Assembly: GCF_009914755.1 (NCBI RefSeq)
Contig: NC_060929.1
Source of the DNA: the human T2T-CHM13v2.0 reference genome, Homo sapiens
Reading direction: 5' to 3' (one strand)
Length of the DNA: 64,000 nucleotides
The notes under the pieces were generated by a model. It searched no databases and was not told the origin of the DNA. It saw nothing but the letters and a program-made list of their open reading frames with translations. Both the position numbers and the translations under genes were made by a program. Shown in pieces: positions 39,854 through 55,270 of the stretch; position 1 is the stretch's first letter; each line of letters starts with the position of its first letter.

Positions 39854-41658
39854 AAGAAATAAAGAGTCCAGTAGTCGAAAAAGTCATGTGGGAAAATGTC
39901 ATAATTCATTGTAAATAGTAGTATTGGTTACACTAGAAATAAAATCACTGATATTTGTACTTGACCTGGGGAAAGGGTGGATAAAGTGATTAAAAATGAG
40001 AAGGTGATACTTGACTGGTTTAATATCTTATATGAGTAGTGTTGTACACCTGAAGCAAAACTTGGACAAATGTCTTGGGAATGTCTTTCCTGATGATTTT
40101 CTTTCCCATGCCTCCCTAATCATGGAAGTCAGCCTTTAGTCCAAAGATAAGGGTATATAAAAAAGCTCTATGGCAGTAATTTGCTAGATGAGAACAGAGA
40201 ATTATTGCTATTTTCTAATTCTACTCTGACCTTGGTATTCTAGAACTGAATAACTCTTTCTAAACTTGTACCACATTCCACAAGTTGTTGGATTTTTCTG
40301 ACCCTGAATCCTAATATCCCACTAACTTCATTCCTGATACCTACATGTAAACTATCCTCATGTAGCATTTTTAATGCTTAGATCACCATCCATCATCTTT
40401 CTTTCATTCTTGCTTCTGCTTGCCACATCCTGAACTCTGGTTAGTCCTTGGTTAAGAATACCTTCATCCATTTGGGTCTGTTTGTTTCTTTGTATTTTAA
40501 CCCTGGAAAGACTTCCTGGTTTCAGATAGTCTTTCTGGTTTCATAGTCCATCTGCCCTTCCCCAAAATAACAAAGAGATGTCTTATCTTGCTTCCTCCTG
40601 GTCTTCACCTATCTCTAAAACACCTTCACTCTCTAGATCCCAGGTTTTCCTAGGCTGGCTGGTCTTACAGCTGTGGAAGTTCCATGCACCACAAGGAGAC
40701 AGCAGAAAGAGATTTTCTTTTAAGTAAATGTAATTAATCCAAATCAGGATATCACTTTTTAAATCTTTGTATGTACCATTTGTATGTATTTCATGAATTT
40801 CCTTTATGCTTTTATAATACACTGAGTCGTATCCTGGAGTCATTTTCTCAAAGTCTGGTTTACCTGCATCTGAGTATCCTAAGGGTACTTGAAGATTCCT
40901 AGACTCCACTGCAACCCACGGAATGAGAAACTCTGGGCCTGAGGCTTACATATCAGAATTTTTCTTAACAAACTCCAAAGGTAATTCTTATACACTCCAA
41001 AGTCTACAAACAACTGAAATAGAACAACTTTATGAACAGACTGACCATCAACAAATTTCAGTATTTACTTTTGCCTACTCTTTGATTGGAATTATGGGAG
41101 AAATTTAAGGGACTGTCAGAAACAAGATTTTTTGAACTGATTGCTAGGGGAGGTTGAGGTGGGAAGATGATGAGTTCAGCTTTGGACAGGAAGAAATTCA
41201 CATGAGACCGCTGGAAATAAGAGGTTGAAGGGGAAGTGAAAGATCTGTAAATTATCAAAGGCTCTGTGGAACTGAACAATGTAACAGTCAATATTTCTTA
41301 CTTGTTTTCCTATTTCAATTCTTTAATAAACCCAGATTTTAATATTATTGGTGCCCATCTCTTAGCTAGTCATAGGAAAACCAAGTTAATAAGAAAAAAA
41401 TGCTACCCAATATTCTTTCATGGTAGGTATCGGTGACTATTTGTCAAATACATGCTCAAAAATTTACACAAGTCTGAAAATTTTGGCAAACTTAGAGGCT
41501 GGCTACAACATGCCAACAGCTACTTCTTCATTCCTGTCTCCCCTAGTTTGACTTAAAGTTTTCTGCTAGCTCCTACTGTGAACTCAGGTGTTTCATCAGG
41601 GACAAATTATTATTAAAACAGTTTTACAACCATTATTGATTTATATATCTGTCTCCCA

Positions 41659-42117
41659 ATACATCAGCTTTCAATTGCTGCTGTAACAAATTACCACAAA
41701 CTTAGTGGGCTAAAACAACACAAATTTATTATTACCAAGTCCAACATGGTCCTCACTGGGCTAAAGTCAAGGTGTTGGAAAAGCCACAGTCCTCCCTGGA
41801 GGCTCTAGGAAAGAAGCACTTCCATGCTTTTTCCAGATTTTAAAGGATACCTGATTTCCTTGGCTCATGGCCTCTTTATTCTGTTTTCAAGGCCAACAAT
41901 GTCACTTCTCATTCTGTCTGCTGGGAAAGGTTGTCAGCCTTTAAGGAATCATGTGATTGGGTTGGACCCATTCAAATAATCCAGAATAATCTTCCAATCT
42001 CAAAGTCCTTAACATCAATCACAAATGCAAGGTCTTTTTGCCATGTAAAGAAAGAAACACAATTACAAATTTTAGGGGTTAGTACAGTTTGGAGCAGCCA
42101 TGATTCTGCTTACCATA
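41659..42117 (-). mobile_element. MaLR solo LTR (MLT1D/E-like)
   Basis: ATTGCTGCTGTAACAAATTACCACAAACTTAGTGG...ATAATCCAGAATAATCT...ATTCTGCTTACCATA. Confidence 0.85.
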
Positions 42118-42546
42118 CCCTACAAAACCATGTACCTCTTAAGAGAAAGGAACATGCCTTTCTATCTTCATTTTTGCAATGTTCAATATGATGGAAGCTT
42201 GATAATGTTTGTTAAATGTTGTTGAGTGAACATGAGTTAGAGGTCGATGGTGACATTTATACCTTTCTGTAGAAAGGAGCAATATTCACAAACTAAAATG
42301 CCTCAAAGATGTCATAAAGATAATGTACACTTTTAAGGGACGTTTTAACTACTAGTAGTTATTACCTACTCAAATTATTCTTACTAAAGGTGAAATTAAA
42401 TGAAATAAAAGAAGAAACAGTCTTCTTGAAAAGTTAGTAAACTCTTGAGAGGTTATTTTATACATTCTTCAATTTTTTTGTACTCTGCTAGACTACCTGC
42501 TCATACAATTTGTATATCCCTTATCTTGCCTATATAGCACACTAAG

Positions 42547-43051
42547 TGTGGCAGATTCTTTGGAAAAATAGATGCAATAATTCTTCCATGCTTATAATAT
42601 GCATATTCCTTTGCAATGCAACTTTGCCATTCATTGCTCCCATTAGAAAATCTAGTGGAGTCTATTTCCGTACACTTCAGGTCTCGTCTTAGATATATGA
42701 TTTGCTTTAGCCAATGGGACATCAGCAAATATAAAGCAGAGCTTGAACAGTGCTTGCTGATTAGGGCTGGCCTTCCCTTGTGTGGTGAACCTCTCTGATA
42801 CCTTATAAAGAAGCACAGGATAGCCTCAATGAGAGTTAAGAGGCCATATGGGAAGAGGCTCCAGATGTCCCAGCTAAAGTACCAGATATGTAACAAAACC
42901 ATTCTAGACCATCCAGGTTAACCCAAACCAGCCCAGATGAGACACACTGACTTACCAATCCACAGAATTGTGAGATTAAAAAAATGTAAGTGTAATGTTT
43001 TAAGCCACTAAACTTTGAGGTGGTTTGTTAAACAGCAAAAACTGATAGATC
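42547..43051 (+). mobile_element. MaLR solo LTR (MLT1G/H-like)
   Basis: TGTGGCAGA...GGAGTCTATTTCC...TTGCTTTAGCCAATGGGAC...TTTAAGCCACTAAACTTTGAGGTGGTTTGTTA. Confidence 0.8.
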
Positions 43052-44190
43052 CAAAAATTCCTTTCACAGAAACTGTGCAGTAAGGGTCAACACATTCTAC
43101 CTCCCATCTGCTCAGTGAAGAACAAACTTACTGTATAGTCCTTGGCATCTGGTGTAAATTTATCTTATTCACTTTTCTCATTTTTTACAGTAATTCTCTT
43201 AAGTCTCATCAGTGATTTTCTCCTGAAGGAGTCCAGACCATTTTTTAAATTTTGTTTACTACACTTTAACTACATTAATCCCTAGTTTGCCATTACTGCA
43301 TGTAATTTTTTATAACAGGAGCAAAGCTTTCAATGAAGTCCTTTCTATAAGAGCCCCCCAATTGAGAAGTGCCTAAATCCCCATTAGGGGAATAGCTAAA
43401 TAAATTATGGAATTTGATGGAATAATATTCAGCCACTGAAAATTATGGTTTTTGAAAATATTTAGGAACAATGAAAACACTTATACTGTAATATAAAGTG
43501 AAAAGAGTAGGATTCAAAATTATGAATATAGCTATTCATATATCCATACAAAGAATGAAGGACATACATTGGGATTTTAACAGTAGCTATCTCTAGATAA
43601 TGATATTTAAATGATTACTTGCTGGCTTCTAAAATGGTTTTCTTGCCAATCTTATACAATACATATTTATTATTTTTATAAACAGGAAAAAATTGTGTAA
43701 ATCATAGTCTCACTTTATCCCATGTTTCTCCAAATTAATCTTTAAAATTTATTTTGTAAATTACATGAATCAATATTTAAAAGTAACAAGTAAATCTTCT
43801 TTCAGCCTCTAGAGTTTAAACTGAAACCTCAAGGCTTTTTTCAAGAAAGTATCTAATATGGACACTATAGTAGGTAAAAAATTTAAAACCAAATGAAATA
43901 TAAATGAAGAAATATTGAGAGATACTACAGCCTCAACCATACAGGTGCATTCACTCTGTTTTTAGAAATGACAATCAGGACTATTGGGAAAATGGCAGAT
44001 AGGAGACAGGACTGATGTGCAGCTCCTACTTGGACAGACAGAAAAGCGTCTAGAGACTCACATTCTGAACTTTTGCTCCAAGAACCACTTCAGGAACATA
44101 CCAGGAAAACCAAAAGAATTCACAGACCCTTTGAAAGAAGCAGCTTGCCACTGCAAACACAGTGAGACAGCTAAAAAACTGTGAGTTCCC

Positions 44191-44484
<294 letters not shown>

Positions 44485-46116
44485 TGTGAGTTCCCAAAGT
44501 GTGACAGGGGGGAAAAGTCACCTCCTAACACACATCCTCACTGAGTAACCTGAAAATCCAGATGACGGGAGGAGGATTTAACCTTACTTAGAGCTGAAAC
44601 AGATTTAGGGAGTTGAGTGAAATGTAGAAGCAGCAGCAGGAAGAGCCCTGTAGGCAATCCCAGTCCACAGCTCGAGTTCAGGGAAGCCATTCCTGGCCTT
44701 ATCTCACAGAGGTCCTTGGGGAAATTCCAGAAGGCAGGTAGTGGAGTAGGGGAGGGGCCAGAGAGTGAAGGAAGCTCCTAGCTGAACTCTGTAATAATTT
44801 CGACTGAGCACAAATTTTCCTGAAGAGAATCCCGGGGTGTGAACGAGAAGTGCAGATATGAATGCAGAAGCTGCAGCAGTAGGTGCAGGCAGACAGGGAG
44901 GGTCCAGGCCTGAGATCCCTGCTTTCTTTCTCAGCAGGGAGGCTTGTAGCCTGGGGCAAGATCTCAGCTGGCTGGCTGCCTGAATATAAACTCAGTGAGC
45001 CTGGGGGTGACATGGTGGGAGTGAGACTGTCCCAGCTGGCAATGTGGGAGCTGGGTAAGGCCTGTCACTGCTGGCTTTCCCCTACTTCCCTGTTGACCAG
45101 TATGATGCAGCAGATGCAGCCATAATCCCCCTGGAAACATAACTCCAGTGGCCTGAAATCCACTGCTGCCAACCCCTGCAGTGGCTGCAGCAAGCCCTGC
45201 CCAAGAAGAGTCTGAGCCCAGACCAGCCTAACCCTTCCCCTACCTGATAGTTTTTCAATACCTGCCCTGGTAGCTGAAGACAAAAGACATAAACTCTTGG
45301 GAAACCAATGGCCCCACCCATCTCCTGAGAAACCCAAGTATGCATCCCAGCCAACATAAGGCAAGATTATATCCTCCTCTACTACCACAACTGGTAATTT
45401 CTTGAAAGCACCACCTCCTGCTGGAGGCCAACCAACTCAAGCCACTACAGTAACTCACAACAGAATAACCATGCTCCAAAAGGGAGAAAACAACACCAAA
45501 TTCAACCACCTGCAACACACTGGCTAGCCAGAGGTCCTGAGTCTGTCCACATGACAACTTTACTGCTTGCATAACCAGCATTTGAGGAAACCAGCACACA
45601 AAGCAAAACTACAACCAAAGACCCCCACAGAGTCCACTTCACTCCCCTGCCACCTCCACTGAGCAGGTGCTGGTATCCACAGCTGGTAGACCGGAAGATG
45701 GATCACAGAACTCTTTATAGACATTTCCTAGCACCCGCATATAGCCTGGTAACCCTGCTGGGTGGCTAGACCCAAAAGGGCAATAACAACCACAGCAATC
45801 TGGCTCTTAGGAAGCCCCATCCTTAGGGGAATGGGAATAATACCACATCATTGATCCTGTGGGACAAAAGAATCTGAGCAGAAGCCCTTGATTTTAAGAT
45901 CTTTCCACTGAAACAGTCTACCCAAATCTGAAGGGACCAGAAAAGTAGTTCTGGTAATATTACAGAGTTCTATAACACCCCCCAAAAATCACACTAGATC
46001 TCCAACAATAGATCCAAACCAAGGAGAAATCTCTGAATTGCCAGAGAAGGAATTCAGAAGGTTGATTATTAAGCTACTCAAGGAGGCAACAAAGAAAGGT
46101 GAAAACAACTTAGAAA

Positions 46117-46428
<312 letters not shown>

Positions 46429-49400
46429 AGAAAATATTTTTAAAAATACAGGATATGGATGTAAAGGTCTCCAGAGAAATAGATATCATTAAAAAAAAAA
46501 TCACAACTTCTGGAAATGAAAGACACACTAAAGAAATACAAAATGCACTGGGAAGTTTCAACAATAGAATAGAACAAGTAGAAGAAAGAACTTTAGAACT
46601 CAAAGATAAGGCTCTTGAATTAACCCACTCTGACAAAGACAAAGAAAAAAAGAATAAAATAAATAAACAAAGCCTCCAAGAATTTCAGTATTATGTGAAA
46701 TGATCAAATGACCAAACTTAAGAATAACTGATGTTCCTGAAGAAGAAGAGAAAAATAAAAGTTCGGAAAATTTATTTGAGGGTATAATTGAGAAAAATTT
46801 CCCTGGTATAGGTAGAGATCTGGACATCCAAATATAAGAAGCTGAAAGAACACCTGGGAAATTCATCACCAAAAGATCATCACCTAGGCACACAGTCATC
46901 AGGTTATCTAAAGTCAAGATGAAGGAAAGAATCTTAAGAGCTGTGAGATAATAGCATCAGGTAACCTATGGGGGAAAACCTGTAAGATTAACAGCAGATT
47001 TATCAGGACAAACCCTGCAAGCAAGAAGGGATTGGGTTCCTATCTTTAGCCTCCTGGATTAAAACAATTATCAGCCAAGAATTTTGTGTCTGGTGAAACT
47101 ATGCTTCATAAATGAAGGAGAGAGAAAGTATTTTTCAGACAATCAAATGTGGAGATAATTTGTCACTACCAAGCCAGCACTACAAGAAATGCTAAAAGGA
47201 GTTCCAGATCTTGAAACAAAACCTCAAATTACACCAAAATATAACTTCCTTAAAGCATAAATGTCACAGGGCCTATAAAACAATAACACAATGAAAAAAA
47301 AAGATATTCCAGCAAGAACCAGCATGATGAATAGAACGGTACCTGACATCTCAATACTAATGTTGAATGTAAATGGCCTAAATGTTCCACTTAAAAGATA
47401 CAGAATGGCAGAATGGATACAAATCAACCAACCCAGTATAATATCTGCTGTCTTCAAGAGACTCATCTGACATATAAGGATGCACATAAACTTAAGATGA
47501 AGGGGTAGAAAAAGATATTCCATGCAAATGGAAACCAAAAGCGACAAGAGTAGCTATTCTTATATCAGACAAAACAGACTTTAAAGCAACAACAGTTAAA
47601 AAAGACAAAGAGCAACATTATATAATGATAAAAGGATTAGTCCAACAGAAAAATATCGCAATCCTAAATGCATATGCACCTAAAACTGGAGCTGCCAAAT
47701 TTACAAAACAATTACTACTAGACTTAAGAAATGAGATAGATAGCAACACAATAATACTGGGTGACTTCAATACTCCACTAACAGCACTAGACAGGTCTCG
47801 AAGGCAGAAAGTCAACAAAGAAACAATGGACTTAAACCATACCTTAGAACAAATGGACTGATTTACAGAACATTCTACCCAACAACTGCAGGATATACAT
47901 TCTTTTCATCAGTGCATGGAACATTCTCCAAAATAGATCGTATAATTGGCCACAAAATATGTCTCAATAAATTTAAGAAAATAAAAATTATAAAAAATTT
48001 AAGAAAATAAAAATAAAAATAAGAGTACTTAATAAAAAATATTAAGTACTCTCTCAGACCACAATGGAATGAAATTGGAAATTAACTCCAAAAAGAACGC
48101 TGAAAACTATAGAAATACATGGAAATTAAATAATCTGCTCCTGAATGCTTTTTGGCTCCACAAGGACATCACAATGGAAATTTAAAAATTCTTTGAACTG
48201 AATACCAATAGTGACACAACCTATCAAAACTTCTGGGATACTGCAAAAGCAATGCTAAAAGGAAAGTTAAGCATTTAATGCCTACATCAAAAAGTCTGAA
48301 AGAGCATAGACAGTCCGAGATCACACCCCATGGAACTAGAGAAACAAGGACAAACCAAATCCAAACCCAGCAGAAGAAAAGAAATAACCAAGATCAGATC
48401 AGAACTAAATAAAATTGAAACAAAAAAAACACAAAAGATAAATAAAACAAAAATTTGGTTTTTTGTAAAGATAAACAAAATTTGTATACTTTTAGTGAGA
48501 TTAACCAAGAAAAGAAGAGAGAAGATCCAAATAAGCTCAATTAAAAATGGAACAGGATATACTAATATTACAACCAATACCACAGAAATACAAAACATCA
48601 TTTAAGGCTACTATGAACACCTTTATCTACACAGACTGGAAAACCTAGAGAAGAAGGATAAATTTTTGGAAATACCCAACCATCGTAGATTAAACCAAGA
48701 AGAAACAGCAACTTTGAACAGACCAGTAACAAGTAGCAAGATTGAAACAGTAATAATAAAATTGCCAACAAAAAAAGTCCAGGACCGGATGGATTCATAG
48801 CTGAATTCTATCAGATGTTCAAAGAAGAAATGGTACCAATCCTACTCAAACTATTCCAAAAGATAAAGAAAGAGGGAATCCTTCTTGAATCATTCTGTGA
48901 AGCCAGTATTACTCTAATACCTAAACCAGGAAAGAACATAACAAGGGAAAGAAAACTATAGACCAATATCCCTGATGAACAGAGATGCAAAAATCCTCAA
49001 CAAATTACTAGCTACCAAATCCAACAGCATTTCAAAAAGATAATCCACCATGATGAGGTAGATTTCATACCAGGGATGCAGGGTTGTTTTAACATACACA
49101 AGTCAATAAACGTGATACACCACATAAAGAGAAGTAAAATCAAACATCATGTGATGATCTCAATTGATACAGAAAAAGGATTTGACAAATTCCAGCATTG
49201 CTTTATGATTAAATGCCTCAGCAAAACTGGCATAGAAGGTAATAAAAGCCATCTATGACAAACCCACAGCCAACATTACACTAAATGAGGAAAAGTGAAA
49301 AGCATTTTCCTTGAGATCTGAAACAAGACAACGATGCCAGCTTTCACTACTTCTATTCAACATAGTACTGGAAGTCCTAGCCAGAGCAATCAGACAAGAG

Positions 49401-51544
49401 AAAGAAACATCCAAATCAGTAAAGAGGAAGTCAAACTGTCCCTATTTGCCAATGATATGATGTATACTTTGAAAACCCTAAAGACTCATCCAAAAAGCTC
49501 CTAGATCTGATCAATGAGTTCTGTAAAGTTTCAGGATACAAAATCAATGTACATGAATCAGTAGCACTGCTATACACCAACAGCCACTAAGCGGAGAATC
49601 AAATCAAAAGCTCAACCCCTTATACAACAGCTGCAAGAAAGAAAAAGATAACAACAACAACAACAACAAAGAACCACTTAGAAATATAACTAACCAAGGA
49701 GGTAAAAGGCCTCTACAAGGAAAACTACAAAACACTGCTGAAAGAAATTATAGATAATACAAACAAATGGAAACACATCCCATGCTCATTGATGGGCAGA
49801 ATAAATACTGTGAAAATGACCATACTGCCGAAAGCAATCTATAAGTTCAATGCAATTCCCATCAAAATACCATCATCATTCTTCACAGAACTAGAAAAAA
49901 CAATTCTAAAATTTGTATGAAGCAAAAAAATAGCCCATGTAGCCAAAACAGTACTAGGCAAAAAGAACAAATATGGAGGCATCACATTACCTGACTTCAA
50001 ACTATACTACAAGGCTATAGTTACCAAAACAGCATGGTACTGGTATAAAAACAGGCATATAGACCTATGGAACAGAATAGAGAACCCAGAAATAAAGCCA
50101 AATACTTACAGCCAACTGATCTTTGACAAAGGAAACAAAAACATAAAGTGGGGAAAGGACACCCTATTCAACAAATGGTGCTGGAATAATTGGCAAGCCA
50201 CATGTAGAATAAAACTGGATCCTCATCTCTCACTCTATATAAAAATCAACTCAAGATGGATCAAACACTTAAATCTAAGACCTAAAACCATAAAAATTCT
50301 AGAAGAAAACATCACAAAAGCTCTTCCAGATATTGGCTTAGGCAAAGACTTCATGATCAAGAACCCAAAAAGAAATGCAACAAAAACAAACATAAATAGA
50401 TAGGACTTCATTAAGGTAAAAGGCTTCCTCATAGCAAAAGAAATAATCAACAGAGTAAACAGACAACCCACAGAATGGGAGAAAATCTTCACAATCTATA
50501 CATCTGACAAAGGACTAATATGCAGAATCTACAAGCAACTCAAACAAATCAGCAAGAAAAAAACTAAATAATCCCATTAAAAAGTGGGCTAAGGACATAA
50601 GTAGACAATTCTCTAAAGAAGATATACAACTGAGCAACAAACAGATGAAAAAATGCTCAACATCACTAATTATCATGGAAATGCAAATCAAAACCACAAT
50701 GCAATACCACCTTACTCCTGCAACATTGACCATAATTAAAAAATCAAAAAATAATAGATGTTGGTGTGGATATGGTGAAAAGGGAACACTTTTACACTGT
50801 TGGTGGGAATATAAACTAGTACAACCACTATAGAAAACAGTATGGGGATTCATTAAGGAGCTCTAAGTAGAATTACCATTCAATCCAGCAATCCCACTAC
50901 TAGGAATCTACTCAGAGGAAAAGAAGTTATTATATGAAAAAGACACTTGCACATGCATGTTTAGCACCAAAATTCACAACTGCAAAGACATGGAACCAAC
51001 CTAAGTGTCCATCAACCAATGAGTTGATGGCATTTACAGCAACCTGGATGGCAGGTTGAAATTCACAGCAACCTGGATGCAGTTGGAAACCATTATTCTA
51101 AGTGAAGTAACTCAGGAAGGTAAAACCAAATATTATATGTTCTCACTTATAAGTGAGAGCTAAGCTATGAGGACAAAAGGCATAAGAATGATATAATGAA
51201 CTCTGAGGACTTGCAGGGGAAGGGTGGGAAGAGGGTGAGGGATAAAAAACTACATATCGGGTACAGTGTACACTGCTTGGGTGATGGGTGCACCAAAATC
51301 TCAGAAATCACACCTAAAGAACTTATCCATATAAACAAACACCACTTGTTTCCCAAAAATTATTGAAATGATAATTTTAAAAAACAAAGATAATAATCAG
51401 TCACATCGTGAGGCTTTTTTCCTCAAAATGTTATTTTTTGATATAAAATAATGTATAAAATTTATTAGTTAGACTAACCTAAGTGTCCATGAAAAATAGT
51501 ATTTTCATTATATATTATTTGAGCAAAGACACAAATATTGTACT

Positions 51545-52322
51545 CTTAGTAATACACTTGTTTTTCATAAGGATATAGATAACAATTGTAAAACTACTTG
51601 TGTATTTAGGATTTAGCAAAGAAGTAAGTATACCATGTGTAAGGAGAGTCAAATACCTCATTGCCAGAAGAATTTACCAGTAAGGTAAGGGAGAAAGTTA
51701 GAATGGACATATGTTTTTGGATTAGAATTGGATGTTATCAGTATGAACATATATTTTTAAAAGTGCAGATAGATATAGAAGTGCAGATAGATATAGATAG
51801 ATATATAAATTGTATGTAAGAATGGGTGCATGCACGTGCATACGCACATATGCACTGAGGTAAACACAAATCACTTCACTATTCTTGATAACAGTGAATA
51901 ATATGAATTTGAACATGAGAACCTCATTCAAATATCTCAATCTAAATTCAAATTGAGATATATTTATTCTGTAAAATACTATTACTCTTAGAAGATACCA
52001 ATATCGAGAATAGAAAGCTAAGACTGAAGAACTGCTCATACTCGCCAAAGCCAAGGAGACATGACAACTAAATGCAGTTTGGGAATTCGGGACTGGGTCT
52101 TGGACCAGATAAAGAACACTAGTTGGAAAACTGGAGAAATTGAATAAGGACTGTAGATTGGTTAATAGTAATATATCAATATTAATTTCCTGGCTTTGAT
52201 GGTTTTATTATGATTATATAAGATGTTAACATATGAAGAAGATGGGTGAAGGAATTCTTTATACCATTTTTGGAGGTGTTTTGTAGGTCTGGAAATATTT
52301 CAAAATTAAAAGTTAAAAAAAG
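51545..52322 (+). mobile_element. Old L1MC/MD 3'-end fragments
   Basis: AAGGAGACATGACAACTAAATGCA...GTTGGAAAACTGGAGAAATTGAATAAGG...ATTAATTTCCTG...TTTCAAAATTAAAAGTTAAAAAA. Confidence 0.7.
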
Positions 52323-54784
52323 TTTTAACGTGGAGCAAGGAAATTTTATTTTGATGTCATGCAAATTCTCTTCTAAAAATTATTCCTATATCTGCATTTA
52401 ATTGTCATTTTATCTTTTTTAATGACTTTCCTTGCTGTAGCATTAATGCCTCTATAAGTGGCAAAAGGAATAAAATCTCACCATTTCTTCTTCCAATAAT
52501 TTCCTTCTCTCCTTTTCAAATTGACTTATGTTATTCTCTCACTAAACCTGTTAAGAGAGAAATTCTTACTAATTTTTCTAAAATTTTATGTATTACACAG
52601 CATTTTGTAAACTTCTAACACCATTGAAATACTATAATAATGTGATTCTGGACACGGTGGTTAAATAATTACTACTATCTTGATAGCTACTCAGAATAAT
52701 GTAGTTAAAGCATTATTCTAAATTCTATAATTAAATAATTAGACTTGTCTTGCTTGCATGCTACTTTTCTTATTATCTCTGTTTTTCTTTACTTTTTCTT
52801 CCTGAGGCAATTCTGACATATCTCTGGAATGTGCTGGGGTTTTATTTTTGTTTGTTTTGGTTTTTTGGTTTTTGGATATTTTTACTGTTTCCTAGAGTGG
52901 GATCATTTCATTTTTCAAGTGATTTTCTTTTCTTCTTTTTTCTTTAGTTTTTCTTTTCCCTTTTCTTTTTTAATTTAATATACATAATGCCAAATTATCA
53001 TCAGCCTTTTTTAAATGTACAGTTCAGTAATGTTAAGTGTATTCACATTGTTAAACATGTTCTGGAGATTGGTTCATTTCCTTTTTTATTTTTATTCATG
53101 TACCCCCCAAAAATACAAAGCAAAGATGATTTGTTTTATTCTGGAGAATCATTAAGGAGAGTGTATTTCTCTTTTTATAAACCACTTTTTCAGGCATTTC
53201 AAATTAGCTACATGAGATATGAATAAAAGTATTAGAAGTAATTTTGAACTAAAATGATTAGAAACAAAAACCAAGCTTGGAGAAGCAGAGAGCTAAAACA
53301 CAGTTACGTGCCTCTCGTATAGAACTTGTCTATCCAGTGAACTCAACTGTCCAGACTACAACTTATGAGATAAGTATGTAAATAGAAGGTCTCTAAGGGA
53401 ACAAAATTAATGTTACACAATCCATGTCTTAAAGTTTGTATGTCTCAGGTACAGAAGCATCTCATGCCTTCATTTAAGAGTTACTCCTTACTTTAAGGGC
53501 AAAATTACTACAAGCTACAAATAGAAAATACGAGATAAAAAAGAGGGACTCTTGTAGGCAATATTGGCTCTATATTGCAAAAAGGGTACATGTGGAAAGA
53601 AGCAGAAAAAAACATGAAAAGCAGACACAATAATATTATAAATAAACAGAAAAAAATGGGTGTATTGTTAAGGAATAAAAGTGTCCTTCACATCTCAAAA
53701 TTCCAAGGGGCTATCATAAAGTTAAAAAACATTATGACAACTGACACTTATAACAATATTGTCAGTATATTCTACTTTTAAATATAAGGGGTGAAAATAA
53801 ATTCTCACTAAGTGATTTCTATGTTTTGGTATTGAGAGGTTTAACTTATATGATACATGCTGCATTTTAGAAGCCTTTCCATCTAAAAAATACAGTGGCT
53901 TTTGCTTTGTATTTCCTCTTTTGTTTAAATTTTGGGCACTTCACACCAATGTGGGAGACAGACTTATGCAAGGAGTTTGTACCATAATCATTATTTTTCC
54001 AAAACCAAATGTCACACAACTAGTTATTCTAGTTTTCCAATTAAAAAAAATCACAACGCCAGTAATGAGAATCCTATTATTTCAAAGTGTATTTTTTCCC
54101 CAAATGCTGACATTCAGTTAAAATTTTACTAGACATGTAGCATTGGAACAAGATGACAAAGGTAAACACTAAAGAAAAGTCTGGAGAGATCAGATGAAAA
54201 ATGCTTCAAGACATTCACTGGGAAATGACCAAGGTCATTTATGGAAAATGTTGTCTCAAGTAGATGCCATTGGACAAATAACAAAGGCTTAAAAGGAAAA
54301 TACCAATAAAACTTGAGACTATGAACTATGTGAGGTCAAGAATCCTGGCTCTCTTCAGCACTATATTGCCAATGCCTGTCATATGGAGCAAAGAAGGTTT
54401 AAGGCAACGTTAGGACCTGGCCTGGATGCTTTCCACACACTATTACTCTTCTCATTTTCTTAGTGTTCCAGTGAGCTAAGAATATATGACACAGGAAGCA
54501 AGCACATTTCCTTTCTGGATTTTAAGTAATTTACTGTAACGGATCCTATAGATCTAAAATGGCATTTTTAAAAATTAGCTCACAAAACCTCCCCAGAGTT
54601 TTTGTAATGAAAGCTTTATCAGACATTTTAATGAGCACACCAGCACCATACTAACTGCTGTGTCCACAGAGCATTATTTTTGTCCTAGCCTGCCCTATGT
54701 CTGCTTTGAATACATTCAGTGAAAGAAATTTCACAACCTGGGTCCTCTGTATTCAATGTTGCAAGCTGAAACATGAATAACTGG

Positions 54785-55270
54785 CATTTTTCATTCTTGT
54801 CTTTATCAAAATATGTTGAGTGTCTACTATTACCAGTGACTCTATTAAACACAGGAAATACACTGGAGAAGAAAACACAGAATCTTGTCTTACAAATCTT
54901 ATACTTTGATATGGAAGATACAGGCCCCCAAAAAGCAAGAAAATTAACAAATAAGAAAAATTATAAGAAGTACTGGAGGAAATACATGGGGCTGAAATAA
55001 GAACAACAAAAGGAGGTAAAATGGAATACAACTTAGCCAAGAGAGGCTTTCCTGAAGAGGTGACATTTAAGCTAAAATTTGAAGAATGATGCAAAGCTCA
55101 GATTGAAAAAACATTGGTGAAGACCACCACCTGAAGCAGAAAGGACCTTGCCATGTTAAGGAATTGCAACAAGACCAGGACTGCTGAAACCTAGTGAAGA
55201 GACCATAGTCGAGAGTGGGGTTTTTCTCTTAAAAGCTTTGAGAAGCCATGGAAGGCGGTTCGAGAAGGGA
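54785..55270 (-). mobile_element. L2 fragment
   Basis: AAATATGTTGAGTGTCTACTAT...GGCTTTCCTGAAGAGGTGACATTTAAGCT...GAGAAGCCATGGAAGG. Confidence 0.7.
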
